A stretch of DNA of 64,000 nt from Eledone cirrhosa. Taxonomy: Eukaryota. The stretch is taken from NCBI GenBank assembly GCA_964016885.1, contig OZ024755.1, positions 16,430,001 through 16,494,000 of the forward strand, written 5' to 3'. The notes under the pieces were generated by a model, which did not search any database, was not told the origin of the DNA, and saw only the letters and a program-made list of their open reading frames with translations. The number at the start of each line of letters is the position of its first letter. Positions within the stretch are counted from its first letter, which is position 1. This document shows positions 30,940 through 43,755 of the stretch, piece by piece. The translations under genes were made by a program, and so were the position numbers.

Positions 30940-31425
30940 ATGTGTATAATGTGTGTGTGTGTGTTATAATGTGTCAGACAGAAATGGGGTAAGCAATGGA
31001 AGAGAGCTAGTTTCTTTCTAAACTGTGTGAGCTCTGGATTGCTGGATAAGGGGTGTGGATGGTAAGGTGGCTGGTTGGTTGGTTGGTTGGTTATTTAGTT
31101 GGCTGGTTTGACAGATGGGTAACTTAGCCTCCTCTAGCCTCTTTCTCTCTCTAGCTGTGTATGTGTAACAACACATTTCATTGCAAGGGAAACGAAGCTA
31201 GCTCCAGGGTGAGAAAACCTAGTTTCAGTTCACACACACTCACACCAACTCATAATACATCGATATTCTCACGCAAACTCCCACCAATTCACAGCACACA
31301 CACAACACACACCACACACAACACACGGTTATATATATATATATATGTTTGTGTATAGAGTCTGTGGTGCTAAGACCGGAGAGACCACTAATCATGGGAG
31401 TACTCGATATAAGGGGAGATGTAGA

Positions 31426-31489
31426 ATATACATACATATAGATACGTATATACACATATATATATATATACATATATATACATATATAC

Positions 31490-31522
<33 letters not shown>

Positions 31523-31564
31523 CATATATATACATATATATATATACATATATATATATACACA

Positions 31565-31596
<32 letters not shown>

Positions 31597-31896
31597 CATA
31601 TACATATATATATATACATATATATATATACATATATATATACATATATATATATACACATACATATATACATGTATGTACAACATACATATATACATAT
31701 ATACACATACATATATACATATATACATATACATATATACATATACATATACACATACATATATATATATACACATACATATATACATATACACATACAT
31801 ATATACATATACATATATACATATATACATATACATATATATATATACACATACATATATATATATACACATATATATATATACATATATATATAC

Positions 31897-31987
<91 letters not shown>

Positions 31988-32446
31988 CATATATATATAC
32001 ATATATATATTCATATATATATATACATATATACATATACATATATACATATATATATATATACATATATACATATACATATATACATATACATATATAT
32101 ACATATATATATACATACATATATATATACATACATATATATATACATACATATACATATATATATATATATACATACATATACATATATATATATATAT
32201 ATACATACATATACATATATATATATATACATACATATATATATATATATACATATATATATACATACATATACATATATATATATATACATATATATAT
32301 ACATACATATACATATATATATATATACATACATATATATATATATATACATATATATATACATACATATACATATATATATATATACATATATATATAC
32401 ATACATATATATATACATATATATATACATACATATATATATATAC

Positions 32447-32495
<49 letters not shown>

Positions 32496-32529
32496 CATAT
32501 ATATATACATATATACATACATATATATA

Positions 32530-32560
<31 letters not shown>

Positions 32561-32699
32561 ACATATACATATATACATACATATATATACATATACATAC
32601 ATATATACATACATATATATACACATATATACATATACATATATATACATACATATACATATATATACATATACATACATATACATATATATATATATA
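31426..32699. repeat. Interrupted (TA)/(CATA) array
   Basis: Direct reading. Confidence 0.95.
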
Positions 32700-32743
32700 G
32701 TCATAATAAGCCTCGAGTGCTCAGTTTGGTGAACCAACATTAA

Positions 32744-32888
32744 CTTGACGGTGACTTATTTTACATTACCTGAGGTTTCTTAGACGTAACCACGTCTTAC
32801 TCCTTTAGATACCTTCAAGATATCTGAAGGAGATACGTAGTTAAGTCTACGAAACCTCGGTTAATGCAGAAATAAGTCAAACTGTTAA
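32744..32888. repeat. Diverged palindrome with a degenerate hammerhead in each arm
   Basis: Plus arm CTGAAGGA...CTAC GAAACCTCGGTTA; minus arm CTAAAGGA GTAAGACGT ggtt ACGTCTAA GAAACCTCAGGTA. Confidence 0.6.
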
Positions 32889-32930
32889 CAAGAATATTCT
32901 CGACTTCGATATCGCTTGCTGATTAATCTT

Positions 32931-32971
<41 letters not shown>

Positions 32972-33062
32972 ATGTAGTCGACAGCTGAGAGAAAAAAAGG
33001 GTACTCAATACCGAAGTAGAGTTTAGCTATTCACTCTATTAAGGCTGAACATAAAGAGTGAG

Positions 33063-33112
33063 TCTTGTTACTCTGAAGTTTCACCTGCTTCTCACAGGGT
33101 AATCAGACAAGA
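33063..33112 (-). ncRNA. Type I hammerhead, probably inactivated (G8U)
   Basis: TCTTGT CTGATTA C CCTG tgagaag CAGG T GAAACTTCAGAGTA^ ACAAGA with a 6-bp stem I. Part of the IR 33062-33100/33118-33156. Confidence 0.6.
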
Positions 33113-33215
33113 TGGTGACCCTGTGAGAAGCAGGTGAAACTCCAGAGTAACAAGACAAAACTCACTATTTAGCATTAATAAAATGAATGTATGTACGTAC
33201 GCGTGACTGTGTGTA

Positions 33216-33269
<54 letters not shown>

Positions 33270-33802
33270 TGATACACAGTTAGACGTACGTACATAGTAT
33301 GTAAATATATGGGAAAATGATGTCACCACGAGACACCACATTAGCTCATTAAACCGGTGCTTTCGTTCTCTGAATTCAGTTTGCGGTTAGAGCAGATGCA
33401 AGTTAAAAGAAGTCTCCTACGTCCATGGATAGGAAGCCAGTTCCCACGAGATAATAGGACAATAAACAAAACTAGCTCGGTCTGGTGGCATGTTGTATCC
33501 CCTACAACTCCAGATTTATTGAAGGGAATAGGGAGGGGATTAGGGCAAAGGTGTTGCGAAATACCAGCAACGGGTTTGTTGGTTCTCCAACAATTTTTGC
33601 CTTTGCACCTACACACACTTATATGTATCTATCTGTCTATCTATCTATCACATGTGTGTGTGTGTATATATACACACAGGTGTGTGTGTGTGTGTGAGAG
33701 AGAGATAGGTAGACACGTGCGTTTGTGTGTGTCTGTTTATCAGATTAGTATTAATGAACTCGAGAATAAGTACTCAATACCACAGTGGAGATTAATTAAT
33801 AG

Positions 33803-33940
33803 TAGACCCCGAATAAGATGGTTGGATAACATTCATGAGCTTAGCTGGTCTCGCTTAGGGATCCAGCTGGAAGGAGTGTTTGAGGGCTCTTCCCCCAACG
33901 ACCCTCACGAGAATAATTGGGCGAAAAGAAGTTTATTAAG
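33803..33940 (+). mobile_element. Expander/Rex3-like (RTE clade) 3' fragment
   Basis: RPRIRWLDNIHELSWSRLGIQ; related to 41870-42020. Confidence 0.6.
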
Positions 33941-34099
33941 GTTGATGCAGTGACCTGTTGCTCTGGAGTATCTTCCTATGTTCTCCAATATAGAAAATAT
34001 CAATTTCTTTCTTATTTTATTTTTTGCTTGAAAGATCGTACACAACTGGGAATCGTCATATTCGAATGTGAGCCTCAGTAGCCCCTATAAAAACAAGAA

Positions 34100-34350
34100 C
34101 CTCGTGGTTTTTAGGGGGATCAACCCCTGATTGTAAGATCATGAGGTAGATTCTCTATACTACCTTGAGTTCTTATTTTTATTTCACGCTGCCTCAATTC
34201 ACGACCTCGTGACATGATACACTGCTAAGCTGAATCTCCCTGAGAACTACATTAAGGATATACGTGTGTTTTGAATACTCGTTCCTGTTTGTTTCGTTAA
34301 TTCCAAGAGCAGGATGTTCTGTTGATCAAACTGGAACACTGATCATCGAA
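34100..34350 (+). mobile_element. Decayed SINE, family C
   Basis: GCTGAATCTCCCTGAGAACTAC..., with reverse-complement relatives at 38300-38450 and 39315-39575. Confidence 0.55.
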
Positions 34351-34466
34351 ACTGGCGGATGTCTAACACGTGTGTGGGTGTGTGTAACTGTGGGTGTGCA
34401 ATTGTGTGTATGTTTGTACTTTTGTGCATGTGTATATAATTATACGTGTATGTGTGTATATATATA

Positions 34467-34539
<73 letters not shown>

Positions 34540-36084
34540 CTTCATGTAATTGTGTGTGTGTGTGTAATTGTGTATGTAATTATGTGTATGTGTGTGGTAA
34601 ACTTGCACATGGAAGAAGAGTAAAGAGAGACTTTGAGAAGAACAGAACTTCTCAGCTTGTATTTCTTGTTATAATCTTCTACATTAAACCTGTGTTTCTC
34701 TAGATCTTTGAGGTCAGCCAAGTGTCACGAGTAGTGGAAGAACCTGCTTTCCTGTGTGTGTGTGTATGTATATATATGTGTGAGTATGTGTGTGTGAGAG
34801 TATATATATGTGTATATATATATATGTGTGTGTGAGTGTATATATATGTGTATATATATATATATATATATGTGTGTGTGAGTGCTTATATAAGCTTAGT
34901 CGTGTGTCTGTATATATATATGTATATGTGTGTGTGTGAGCGCTTATGTAGGCTTAGTCCTGTGTGTATGAGTGTGTGTGTGCGATTTTTGCTTTGTTTT
35001 GTTTTCATTAATTAGTGAAAGGAGAAGGGCAATGGATTGAAAGGAGAGAGAGAGAAAGGAGGTGGTAGGGAGCACACAAACCTTTCTTGGTTTTTCCCAG
35101 ATTGGTGAGACAGATGCGGTTGATGTTCAGGCAAATATAGACATACTTGGTTTGTATGGAAAAACAAAATGTGGGCAATTTATATAGGAGGTTGCTAGGC
35201 TGTGCTAAGCTAGAAGTAGCAGTCAAATCTCTCTGCACTCACCCCCAGCTACTCTCTACTTGTTTTTTTTTTTTTCAAAATTGGAACAACTTGTTGGGCA
35301 ATGTAGTTACAGGTCTACAAAAATTCTTATGTGTTGGTCAGAGTTGGAATGAATGTCTTTGGTCACATCTGGTCGATTAGGGTCTGCTGACTTTGGCTTA
35401 AAAAACAGTAACGACGTTGACAGCTCTGTGGTAGGCTGGCGGGTGATGGGTGCTTACTAGTGATGTTGAGAAAACAGGAAGAGACAGATGTCATAGTTTG
35501 GATGAAAGCGAGCTAAGTGTCTGTATGTATGTATATATATATATATATATATATAAAGATATAAAGTGTTGCATGTGTGTTCACAGGGTCATCAGGAAAT
35601 ATTGTCAGCTTTGTCTAACGATCATGTGAACACAGGATAAACTCCAGAGTAACAGGTCACCGACTCGACTTTAATAAAAATTATTAAACTCTGCCTAGGA
35701 TATTCAGTACTCAACACACACACACACACGTGTGTGTTATGTAAGAGAACGAAGTTTTCAATTGAATATGGCCACCCACAGGAATTAATAAACATTACTT
35801 AACAAACAACGCTTGTGACATCAGTGGTGAGAGGTAAAAGAGGAATTTATCCTTAGACGAGACAAGACCTGAACCAAATGCTTGCAACAACCTCGTTTCT
35901 GCTAAACTCTCCCAAGAACCAGATAATGGTGACCCTTGTATTCAACTCAGATTAACCAGTTTGATATGAAACCGTTCATGGTTCTACGGTATTTGTACGA
36001 ATATATAATCTAAAAACCCTACCATCATAATTTTATGTAGGAACCTTTAAGTTATGGTTCAAACGCTAGCTTAATAATGGATTC

Positions 36085-36250
36085 CGATTTAGACACAAGG
36101 CCAACAATTTGTGGGGAAGGGCAAGTCGATTAAATCTACCCAGTGCGTTACTGCTACTTTATTTTATAAAGATGAAAAGCAAAGCTAACCTCGCCGGATT
36201 TAAATATGGTAACGTAAAGAGCCGTAACTATATGCCACCGTCCTCATGCC
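36085..36250 (-). mobile_element. SINE family A, diverged
   Basis: GACACAAGGCCAACAATTT...CCCAGTGCGTTACTG...GATGAAAAGCAAAG. Confidence 0.65.
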
Positions 36251-37133
36251 AGCTTAATAATAATAAGGTTAGTTATATTAGTAAATCCCTCCAAATTCTT
36301 GATTAGTTTTAACATTATTTGAAAATCATAGGCATCATCTTTAACTGTAAAAACGAAAGGGTTTTAAACTCGCTAGATCAACAAGAAGAGACTGTTGTAA
36401 CGTCAGTGCTTTATGATTTGAAACTTGTTGATGTAACGACCTTTTATATTTTTTTATGAGGGTTAAGTATGGCTCTGTGTAAATGTATGTGTGTGTGTGT
36501 AGCTGCAGCACTATCCTAGATTTATGAGCTGTACTTCTATGTTCTATGTGAGCCTCGTTTGATCTTTTGCAGAGGGGGTCAGAAACTGAATATTTTTGTT
36601 GGCTGGCTCTGAAGTGTGTGTGTTGGGGGGGGGGGGGGGGCTTGGCTTACCTAATCTTTGATATAATATTTCAGGAAAGTGATATATGCACACACACACA
36701 CACACACCAGCTGCATACGCCCGCTTTTATATATATATATATATATATAGTCATTAACTAAATAAATGAAAATATGTTCACTCTCCTACATGTATTAAAT
36801 GATATGGTATGGCATGGACCCTAACTCCCGAGGGAGTCGTAGGGGCGCCATATTGACATACCCCATTTTAAGGGTATTTTTTAAAACTTGGAGGGCCCCA
36901 TCTCTTCTGCAAGTTTTAATACAGCAGATTTCTTCCAGAAACGGATAGAGAGTGAGAGCAAGGAAGAGAGATATAGATAGAGAATAAGAATCGATCCCAG
37001 TACTTGACTAATATTTTTTTTTTTATCATCGACTTTAAATGGATGAAAGACAAAGTTAACCTCGGCTGGATTTGAACTGAGAGAGTTGAGAGTATATATA
37101 TATTGTTCATGTTCACGTATGAAACGCAAAGAA

Positions 37134-37178
<45 letters not shown>

Positions 37179-37586
37179 TAATACCAGTATTGTTATTATT
37201 GGGTATAAACTTTACCAGAGGGTTTAAAGCTCGATGCAATGGGGTTCACACAGAGCTGATCTATAAAGATGTTGGTGCTTTTTAATCTTTATATATATAT
37301 ATATATATATGAATTAGTTTAGCGAGGTTTTTTATATGAAATGTGCAACGAAAGATTTATGTAAACTATATATATGTGTTTGTGTCTATATTGTATCTGT
37401 ATTATTTTTGACCGTCGGTCAGTCAATGGCAACATTGAGGACCGAGTAAGTTAGATCGCAGATATAAAAGACAGCGAGAAGCGAAAACCAACCAAACAGT
37501 GAGTGTGTTCTGTTATTAATTCTGGCAATATTACGCAAATATGACCCTCCCCAAGTATAACTATATATATATGTATATATATATAT

Positions 37587-37688
37587 TCAATCTAGTACAA
37601 GAGAGGTTATTTGTCCTTGCCCCTGACGAGAGAGGCCAGCTTTAGAACCACTACTCTACTATGTGGTGGCCATAACTGGACCCCGAAA

Positions 37689-37690
<2 letters not shown>
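37587..37690 (+). mobile_element. Short hammerhead-like element; second copy at 39784-39888
   Basis: Near-identical ~105-bp copies with CTGACGA...CCCCGAAACC ending in (TA)n. Confidence 0.6.
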
Positions 37691-37724
<34 letters not shown>

Positions 37725-38076
37725 TGTCTGTCTGTGTGAGTATTCGTAACCATGTGAGTTCATCAAAGAGTGTCAGCTCTGGGATTTGTTGTGGTGTTCA
37801 GGTTTTAGGGGCAGCCCAACATTCTCTTCCTTGATTTGGTTTATTTTGTATTAATGTATTGTTGTGAACGCCAATGAAGGTTGGGTGGGTGGGTCATGTT
37901 GTTGATGAATTTACAGTCGTCCTCTGTATATTGCCTGGATGATGATGATGCTATATATACGTGTGTGTGTGTGTACATATGCATATGTATATACATATGT
38001 GTGGGTGTGTATGGATGACTCCATTCCCGAGGTATTGCTTTTAGTAACTATTGACAGTTGAAAACTGCATGTTGTG

Positions 38077-38112
<36 letters not shown>

Positions 38113-38662
38113 ACGTGCATGTTAGTATACACCCACATTCACGCATACACTCACACACACATTCACGCATGTTTGCACGTGAGGTGTATTGACATGCGTA
38201 GACGTTACACCACCCATGCGAATAAAAACAAAGCAAAAACAAAACAAAAAACCTAACATAACATGTCATATGTAAATGGGTCTACGTCGATTTTGACGAT
38301 AACTATTTCAGTCGTTTGATCAACTGAACAAACTATTTTACTCATCAAATTGCCGTATAAGTGACTGAATATTCCACCGACACGTGTACCCATAACATAC
38401 TAATTCTCATGGAGAAAAGGCATGATACAGCGTGTGACGTGACTGTCCCTTTGAAAAAAAAAAGCAGTACGATCCACCCAAAAAATTTCCGTTAACCAAA
38501 TTTCATTCGGAAAGGTTTGGGTCGAATAAACGAGGCATTTATTTACTGAGAGTGCTCAACACGGGGGCTATGACCAATGTCTATGTGAAATAAATAAACA
38601 GAAAGGGGGAAAGAATGAATTTAGTTCAAGTCCTTCATATTTCTACGTGGTCACGTCACCAT

Positions 38663-38807
38663 CAGCGGTGTAGCCCGGAATCACTGCGGGTTTCGGGTTT
38701 TACAACATAACGCCCTCATACTAAATAACCCGACCAAGGTTAATCCACCCTAAGCATGTGTCCTGTGTCCATGTGGCATTCTACTGACTCGTCTACTACC
38801 ACCACTG
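38663..38807. mobile_element. hAT-type MITE candidate
   Basis: Ends CAGCGGTGTAG / CTACCACCACTG. The 8-bp flanks GTCACCAT / GTCACTTC match at 5 of 8. Confidence 0.5.
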
Positions 38808-39127
38808 GTCACTTCTTTTCAATCAAAGCCATCTATATGCTATCTTCTTTGTTCTTGGTGGTTGCTTTTCTCTGTTCATTCGTGTTATAATAATGCCCAG
38901 GGCTCTCTAAGCCTTATAAGGGACCGGCCTTGTGCAAACCCTTCGTCTGTCCGCCTATCCTTGCATACAAAATGGCCCCACCACCCTTTCCGGCAGTTTT
39001 TCTTCATCATCTCCTCATACTTCGTCCACTTCCGTTCTTGCACCTCCTCTCCCCTCTCCTCCCGTGCAACAGTTAGCTTCAACATTACCATATAAAGAAA
39101 ACATGCGGGCGTTTTTAACTTATATAA

Positions 39128-39292
39128 TAATTGTTTCTACTTTTGGCACAATGCCAGCAATTATCCCAGTGTATTACTGGTACTTTATTTTATCGACCCC
39201 ATAAGGATGAAAGGCAAAGTTAACCTCGGCGGGATTTGAACTCAGACCATAAAGGGCCGTAACTCTTTGCTGCAAAGCATGGTGTCCGACCC
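39128..39292 (-). mobile_element. SINE family A
   Basis: Close match to 16514-16694. Confidence 0.85.
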
Positions 39293-39314
39293 CATAATAA
39301 TATTATATAAACAT

Positions 39315-39575
39315 GGTCGGTGTCAACGACGTGTGTTCCAGTTATTCGAACATCATGATAACCTGCTAGTGACTGAGCATTCCACAGATATGTACACCCT
39401 CAACGTAGTTCTCAGGGAGATTCAGCATGACATTGGATTATAGGTATAATTCATGTTTTCCAACAACGTGAAATAAAACTGTCTTGCTCGAGAAGACAAT
39501 TCGCCATTCAATTCGGAAATTGAACTCACAACTTTACAATCGTGAACCCCAACACTTTATTTAACCACTAAGCCC
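39315..39575 (-). mobile_element. SINE family C
   Basis: GTAGTTCTCAGGGAGATTCAGC, GTCTTGCTCGAG core, TTGAACTC B box, TAACCACTAAG A-box region. Confidence 0.6.
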
Positions 39576-39885
39576 CACACCTCCACTATATAATCTCTAA
39601 TTTAGACACCAAACCAGTGAGTAGAACATAGGAGAGACTCCAGAGTAACAAGAATCAAGCTTAGCCTTAATGGATAATATATTAATCTCGGTCTCGCCAG
39701 CACGAGCACTAGGGGTATATGGGTGTGTGTATGTGTGTAAGTGTATGCAGGGTATCCGTAGATAGAAGGCCAAGGAATAATGGTCAATCTAGTACAAGAG
39801 AGCTTATTTGTCCTTGCCCCTGACGAGAGAGGCCAGCTTTAGAACCACTACTCTACTATGTGGTGGCCATAACTGGACCCCGAGA

Positions 39886-39949
<64 letters not shown>

Positions 39950-39962
39950 TCTCGGGGTCCAG

Positions 39963-40001
<39 letters not shown>

Positions 40002-40177
40002 TTTCGGAGTCCAGTTATGGTTTAAATCAGGATGGATTCTGTAGAATAGACCCACAGAAGGTGCAACTTACATAGATCAATAGCTGAGAATAGATACAAT
40101 GTATTATCACCATCTAGAAACGATCGTAAAGCAGTGAAGTATATCTCTAATGACTTGATTTTTTATTTCATTGTTTT

Positions 40178-40239
<62 letters not shown>

Positions 40240-40438
40240 GTTGATTTAAAACTGCACTATCCACAAGTGTTTTTTAGCCTTCATATCATGTTCTCCTGTT
40301 TTATCTGATGAAAACAAAAATATTATTGCATGATGATGTTTGTTTTTGAAATGCGCATAATAAAATACATGGAACTCCTTTAACCATCTTTTGATCTTAT
40401 ATTATATTATATATATATATTTTACAACAGTGACATAA

Positions 40439-40488
40439 ACAGGTACTCAAGTTTCGTTGGGTTCTGGGCCCAAACTCATTCAGCCTGT
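40439..40488 (-). ncRNA. Type I hammerhead with an 8-nt CUGAAUGA core
   Basis: ACAGG CTGAATGA GTTTGGG cccagaa CCCAAC GAAACTTGAGTA^ CCTGT. Second copy at 59731-59780. Confidence 0.65.
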
Positions 40489-40785
40489 CATGAGAAAAAT
40501 AAAAACAAGATGGCCCTTTAAACTATATATATACAGTATATATATAGCATGCTTCTAATGTACACTTTGTTTTGTTCTCAACCAGAGCAGAGCTCGTCAT
40601 GCCATTCGTACGTAGTGTTGCGTTCTATCAATGTGTTTCAGTTTATACTTTTTGTCCTACTTAGTAAGCTAAATTGTATGTGTATGCATATGTATGTATA
40701 TGTGACTGTTTTCTTTGTCAGTCTGTATGTGTGTATATATGTATGTCTGTGTGTCACTGCGTCTGTCAGTCTGTATGTGTGTGTG

Positions 40786-40827
<42 letters not shown>

Positions 40828-41559
40828 TGACTGTGCGCGCATGTGACTATGTATGTATGTATGTATGTATGTGTGTGTTGTGGTGAAGCAATGTAAGTCG
40901 ATATGGCTATTCTCTCCATTCAAACTATTTCCTCTAACCTCCCCCCCCCTTCACACATGTTGTTCCTCTTTATATTCTACTATTTTTTTTTTCTTTTCTT
41001 TCTTTATTTCTTTCTCTTATTTTATTTTTCTGCTGCCCATTCACTCTACACCAATGAATAACTTCATAGCTTGTTGCTGCTGTTGCCTTTGTTGTTCTTG
41101 CCTGTTGTTGTTGTTGCTGCCGTTGTTATTGTTGCTACTGCCCTTGCTATTGTTGCTGCTGTCCTTGTTATAGCTACTGCTGTCCTTGGTGTTGTTATCG
41201 TTACTGCTACTGTTTGTTATTGTTGTTATCCTTTAGCCCGGGTCAATCATGGTTCAATTCAGGAGACCCGTGGGAGACCTACGATCAAAAAGCGTTCCCT
41301 TCCCTGAAATTGTTGACCTTGTGTCTAAATCAGAAACCATTTATTAAGTTGGAAGTTTGTTATATTCCTAATTACTTTGGTATTTGAATTCTAAAAACAG
41401 TATATTCTTGGTAAAAATATGGCCACTGCCAAAATAACAGCACCACTTGGTTCTTTGGTGGTGCCTTTAACAGGGTCCACTTTGTTGTATACAGCTTCTT
41501 CTCTCCCACCAGTTTCGGAGCCCCTGAAAAGGGTTATGAGTTTTGTCCGTCTCTCCTTA

Positions 41560-41770
41560 GATTTCTAATCTAGACAAAGACCAGCAAGTTTGGTGGAAAG
41601 GCAAAGTTGACTAAATCAACCCCAGTACTTGAACGGTACTTTATTTTATCAACCCCCTGAAGGATAAAATGCGAAGTTGATCCCGACCGGATTTGAACGC
41701 AGAATGTTTTAAAAAAACAAACAGCATAAATATCGCAATGGCAGTCTTATCCGACATTCTACCAATTCTT
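41560..41770 (-). mobile_element. SINE family A, diverged
   Basis: GGTACTTTATTTTATCAACCCC...GGATTTGAAC. Confidence 0.65.
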
Positions 41771-41869
41771 GTAAAATCAAGGATCAAAAAGCTCCAGAAA
41801 TGTCGAAGGTTTGTGTGTATGGTTATATATAGTAAGGGTTCTCAGTACTTCAGAATTAGATAGTTTACA

Positions 41870-42020
41870 CTTATAACATCCATGAGCTTGGATGGTGTTG
41901 CTTGGGGATCCAGCCGGATCAGTTGGGGGCGATTGCTTCTGAGAGGACTCGCTGGAAAGGGGTGTTTGAGGACTCTGCGCCCTCATGACCCTCTCACGAA
42001 TAAGTGGGCAGAGAAGAAGT
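41870..42020 (+). mobile_element. Expander/Rex3-like 3' fragment
   Basis: NIHELGWCCLGIQPDQLGAIASERTRW on translation; similar to the 33803 copy. Confidence 0.55.
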
Positions 42021-43038
42021 CCCCCCCCCCCTATCAATTCGATTTGTTCGCTCCGTTTCGTGAAATCTGTTTGTGTGTGTGTGTGTGTAAGTAAGTACAA
42101 CTATATATTCGGATTTGTTCGTTGCCGTTCCGTGAAGTGTGCGTGTGCGAGTGTGTAAGTACAACTATAACAGCTTGGTAACTGACCGCCAGTTAGATTT
42201 CCAGTAACGTGATACATGATGCGAAGAGTGATCGCATTACTGAGAAAGATTGCGAGCAATAAAGGGGTGTGGTAGAAAAAGTTTCGCTACTAAAGCTTTA
42301 ATGATGTTAGTTCAGGTGCTAGCCTGGCTGGTTGGCTGGCTGACATGTTGTCTGTCTGGCTGGCTGGCTGGCCGTTGCCCTAGTTAAGATATATATATAT
42401 TTTTTTCCAAATCGCCCACGTATGCGGATTTTTAGTTTAGTGGAAAAAAGGACATCCATACATACTCCATTTTAAATCAAGTCTTATTCAATCGAATGGG
42501 GGATCTAAATGTTGGTTTCATTGGTGGCAATAGTGTGTGTGTGCGTGTGTGAGAGAGGGGGAGGGGGTTTAAAGCCTCAGAGTGAAGTATTTTGCAAAGC
42601 GGAAGCAAGAATGCTTCTGGGTCTCGAGGTGGGGAGCTCCATTCAAAATTCAAGGAAGCTGATGAAGTTTTTTTTTTGTGTTTTTACTTTTCATCTACGG
42701 GGCCATGAAAAGAGAGGCCAACGTTTGGATTGAGGATTTTCTTTGTCAGGAGGGATTCGTTTTATTTATTTTTTTAAAGACAAGGAATTCCTCTCGAAAC
42801 TTTTCTTTCCTCTACCTCTCTTCGACCGTCACTCGCAATCGAGTATGACTTGGTAGTATAATGTACCTAGCTTTCATTATGGGTTTTACGTGCCCATGTC
42901 GTTGCGAGCAGACAGACACCCTCACAACCACACTCTCTTCCTTGATTCAGCGGAACATCCTGGTTGTAACAGCTGAGAGGAGAGAGATAGCTGCACCAAG
43001 CTCTGGCCTGGCTTTGATAATGTTATTGTTTAGCCCCC

Positions 43039-43156
43039 TTTTTATCGACCCCGAAATGATGAAAGGCAAAGTGGACTTCGATGGTGTTTGAACTCTTCGC
43101 ACGGAGAACCGGAACAAATATCCCATCAATGCTTTTACGACTCTAACGCCAATCCC
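43039..43156 (-). mobile_element. SINE family A, 5' half
   Basis: TTTATCGACCCCGAAATGATGAAAGGCAAAG...TTTGAACTC...GCCAATC. Confidence 0.65.
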
Positions 43157-43755
43157 ACAATACCATATACAAGACCAACGCCAATCACACAATACCATAT
43201 GCAAGACCAACGCCAATCACACAATACCATATACAAGACCAACGCCAATCACACAATACCATATACAAGACCAACGCCAATCACACAATACCATATACAA
43301 GACCAACGCCAATCACACAATACCATATACAAGACCAACGCCAATCACACAATACCATATACAAGACCAACGCCAATCACACAATACCATATACAAGACC
43401 AACGCCAATCACACAATACCATATACAAGACCAACGCCAATCACACAATACCATATACAAGACCAACGCCAATCACACAATACCATATGCAAGACCAACG
43501 CCAATCACACAATACCATATACAAGACCAACGCCAATCCCACAATACCATATACAAGACCAACGCCAATCACACAATACCATATGCAAGACCAACGCCAA
43601 TCACACAATACCATATACAAGACCAACGCCAATCACACAATACCATATACAAGACCAACGCCAATCACACAATACCATATACAAGACCAACGCCAATCAC
43701 ACAATACCATATACAAGACCAACGCCAATCACACAATACCATATATAAGACCAAC
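43146..43755. repeat. 32-bp minisatellite, ~19 copies
   Basis: Unit ACAAGACCAACGCCAATCACACAATACCATAT, nearly invariant. Confidence 0.95.
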
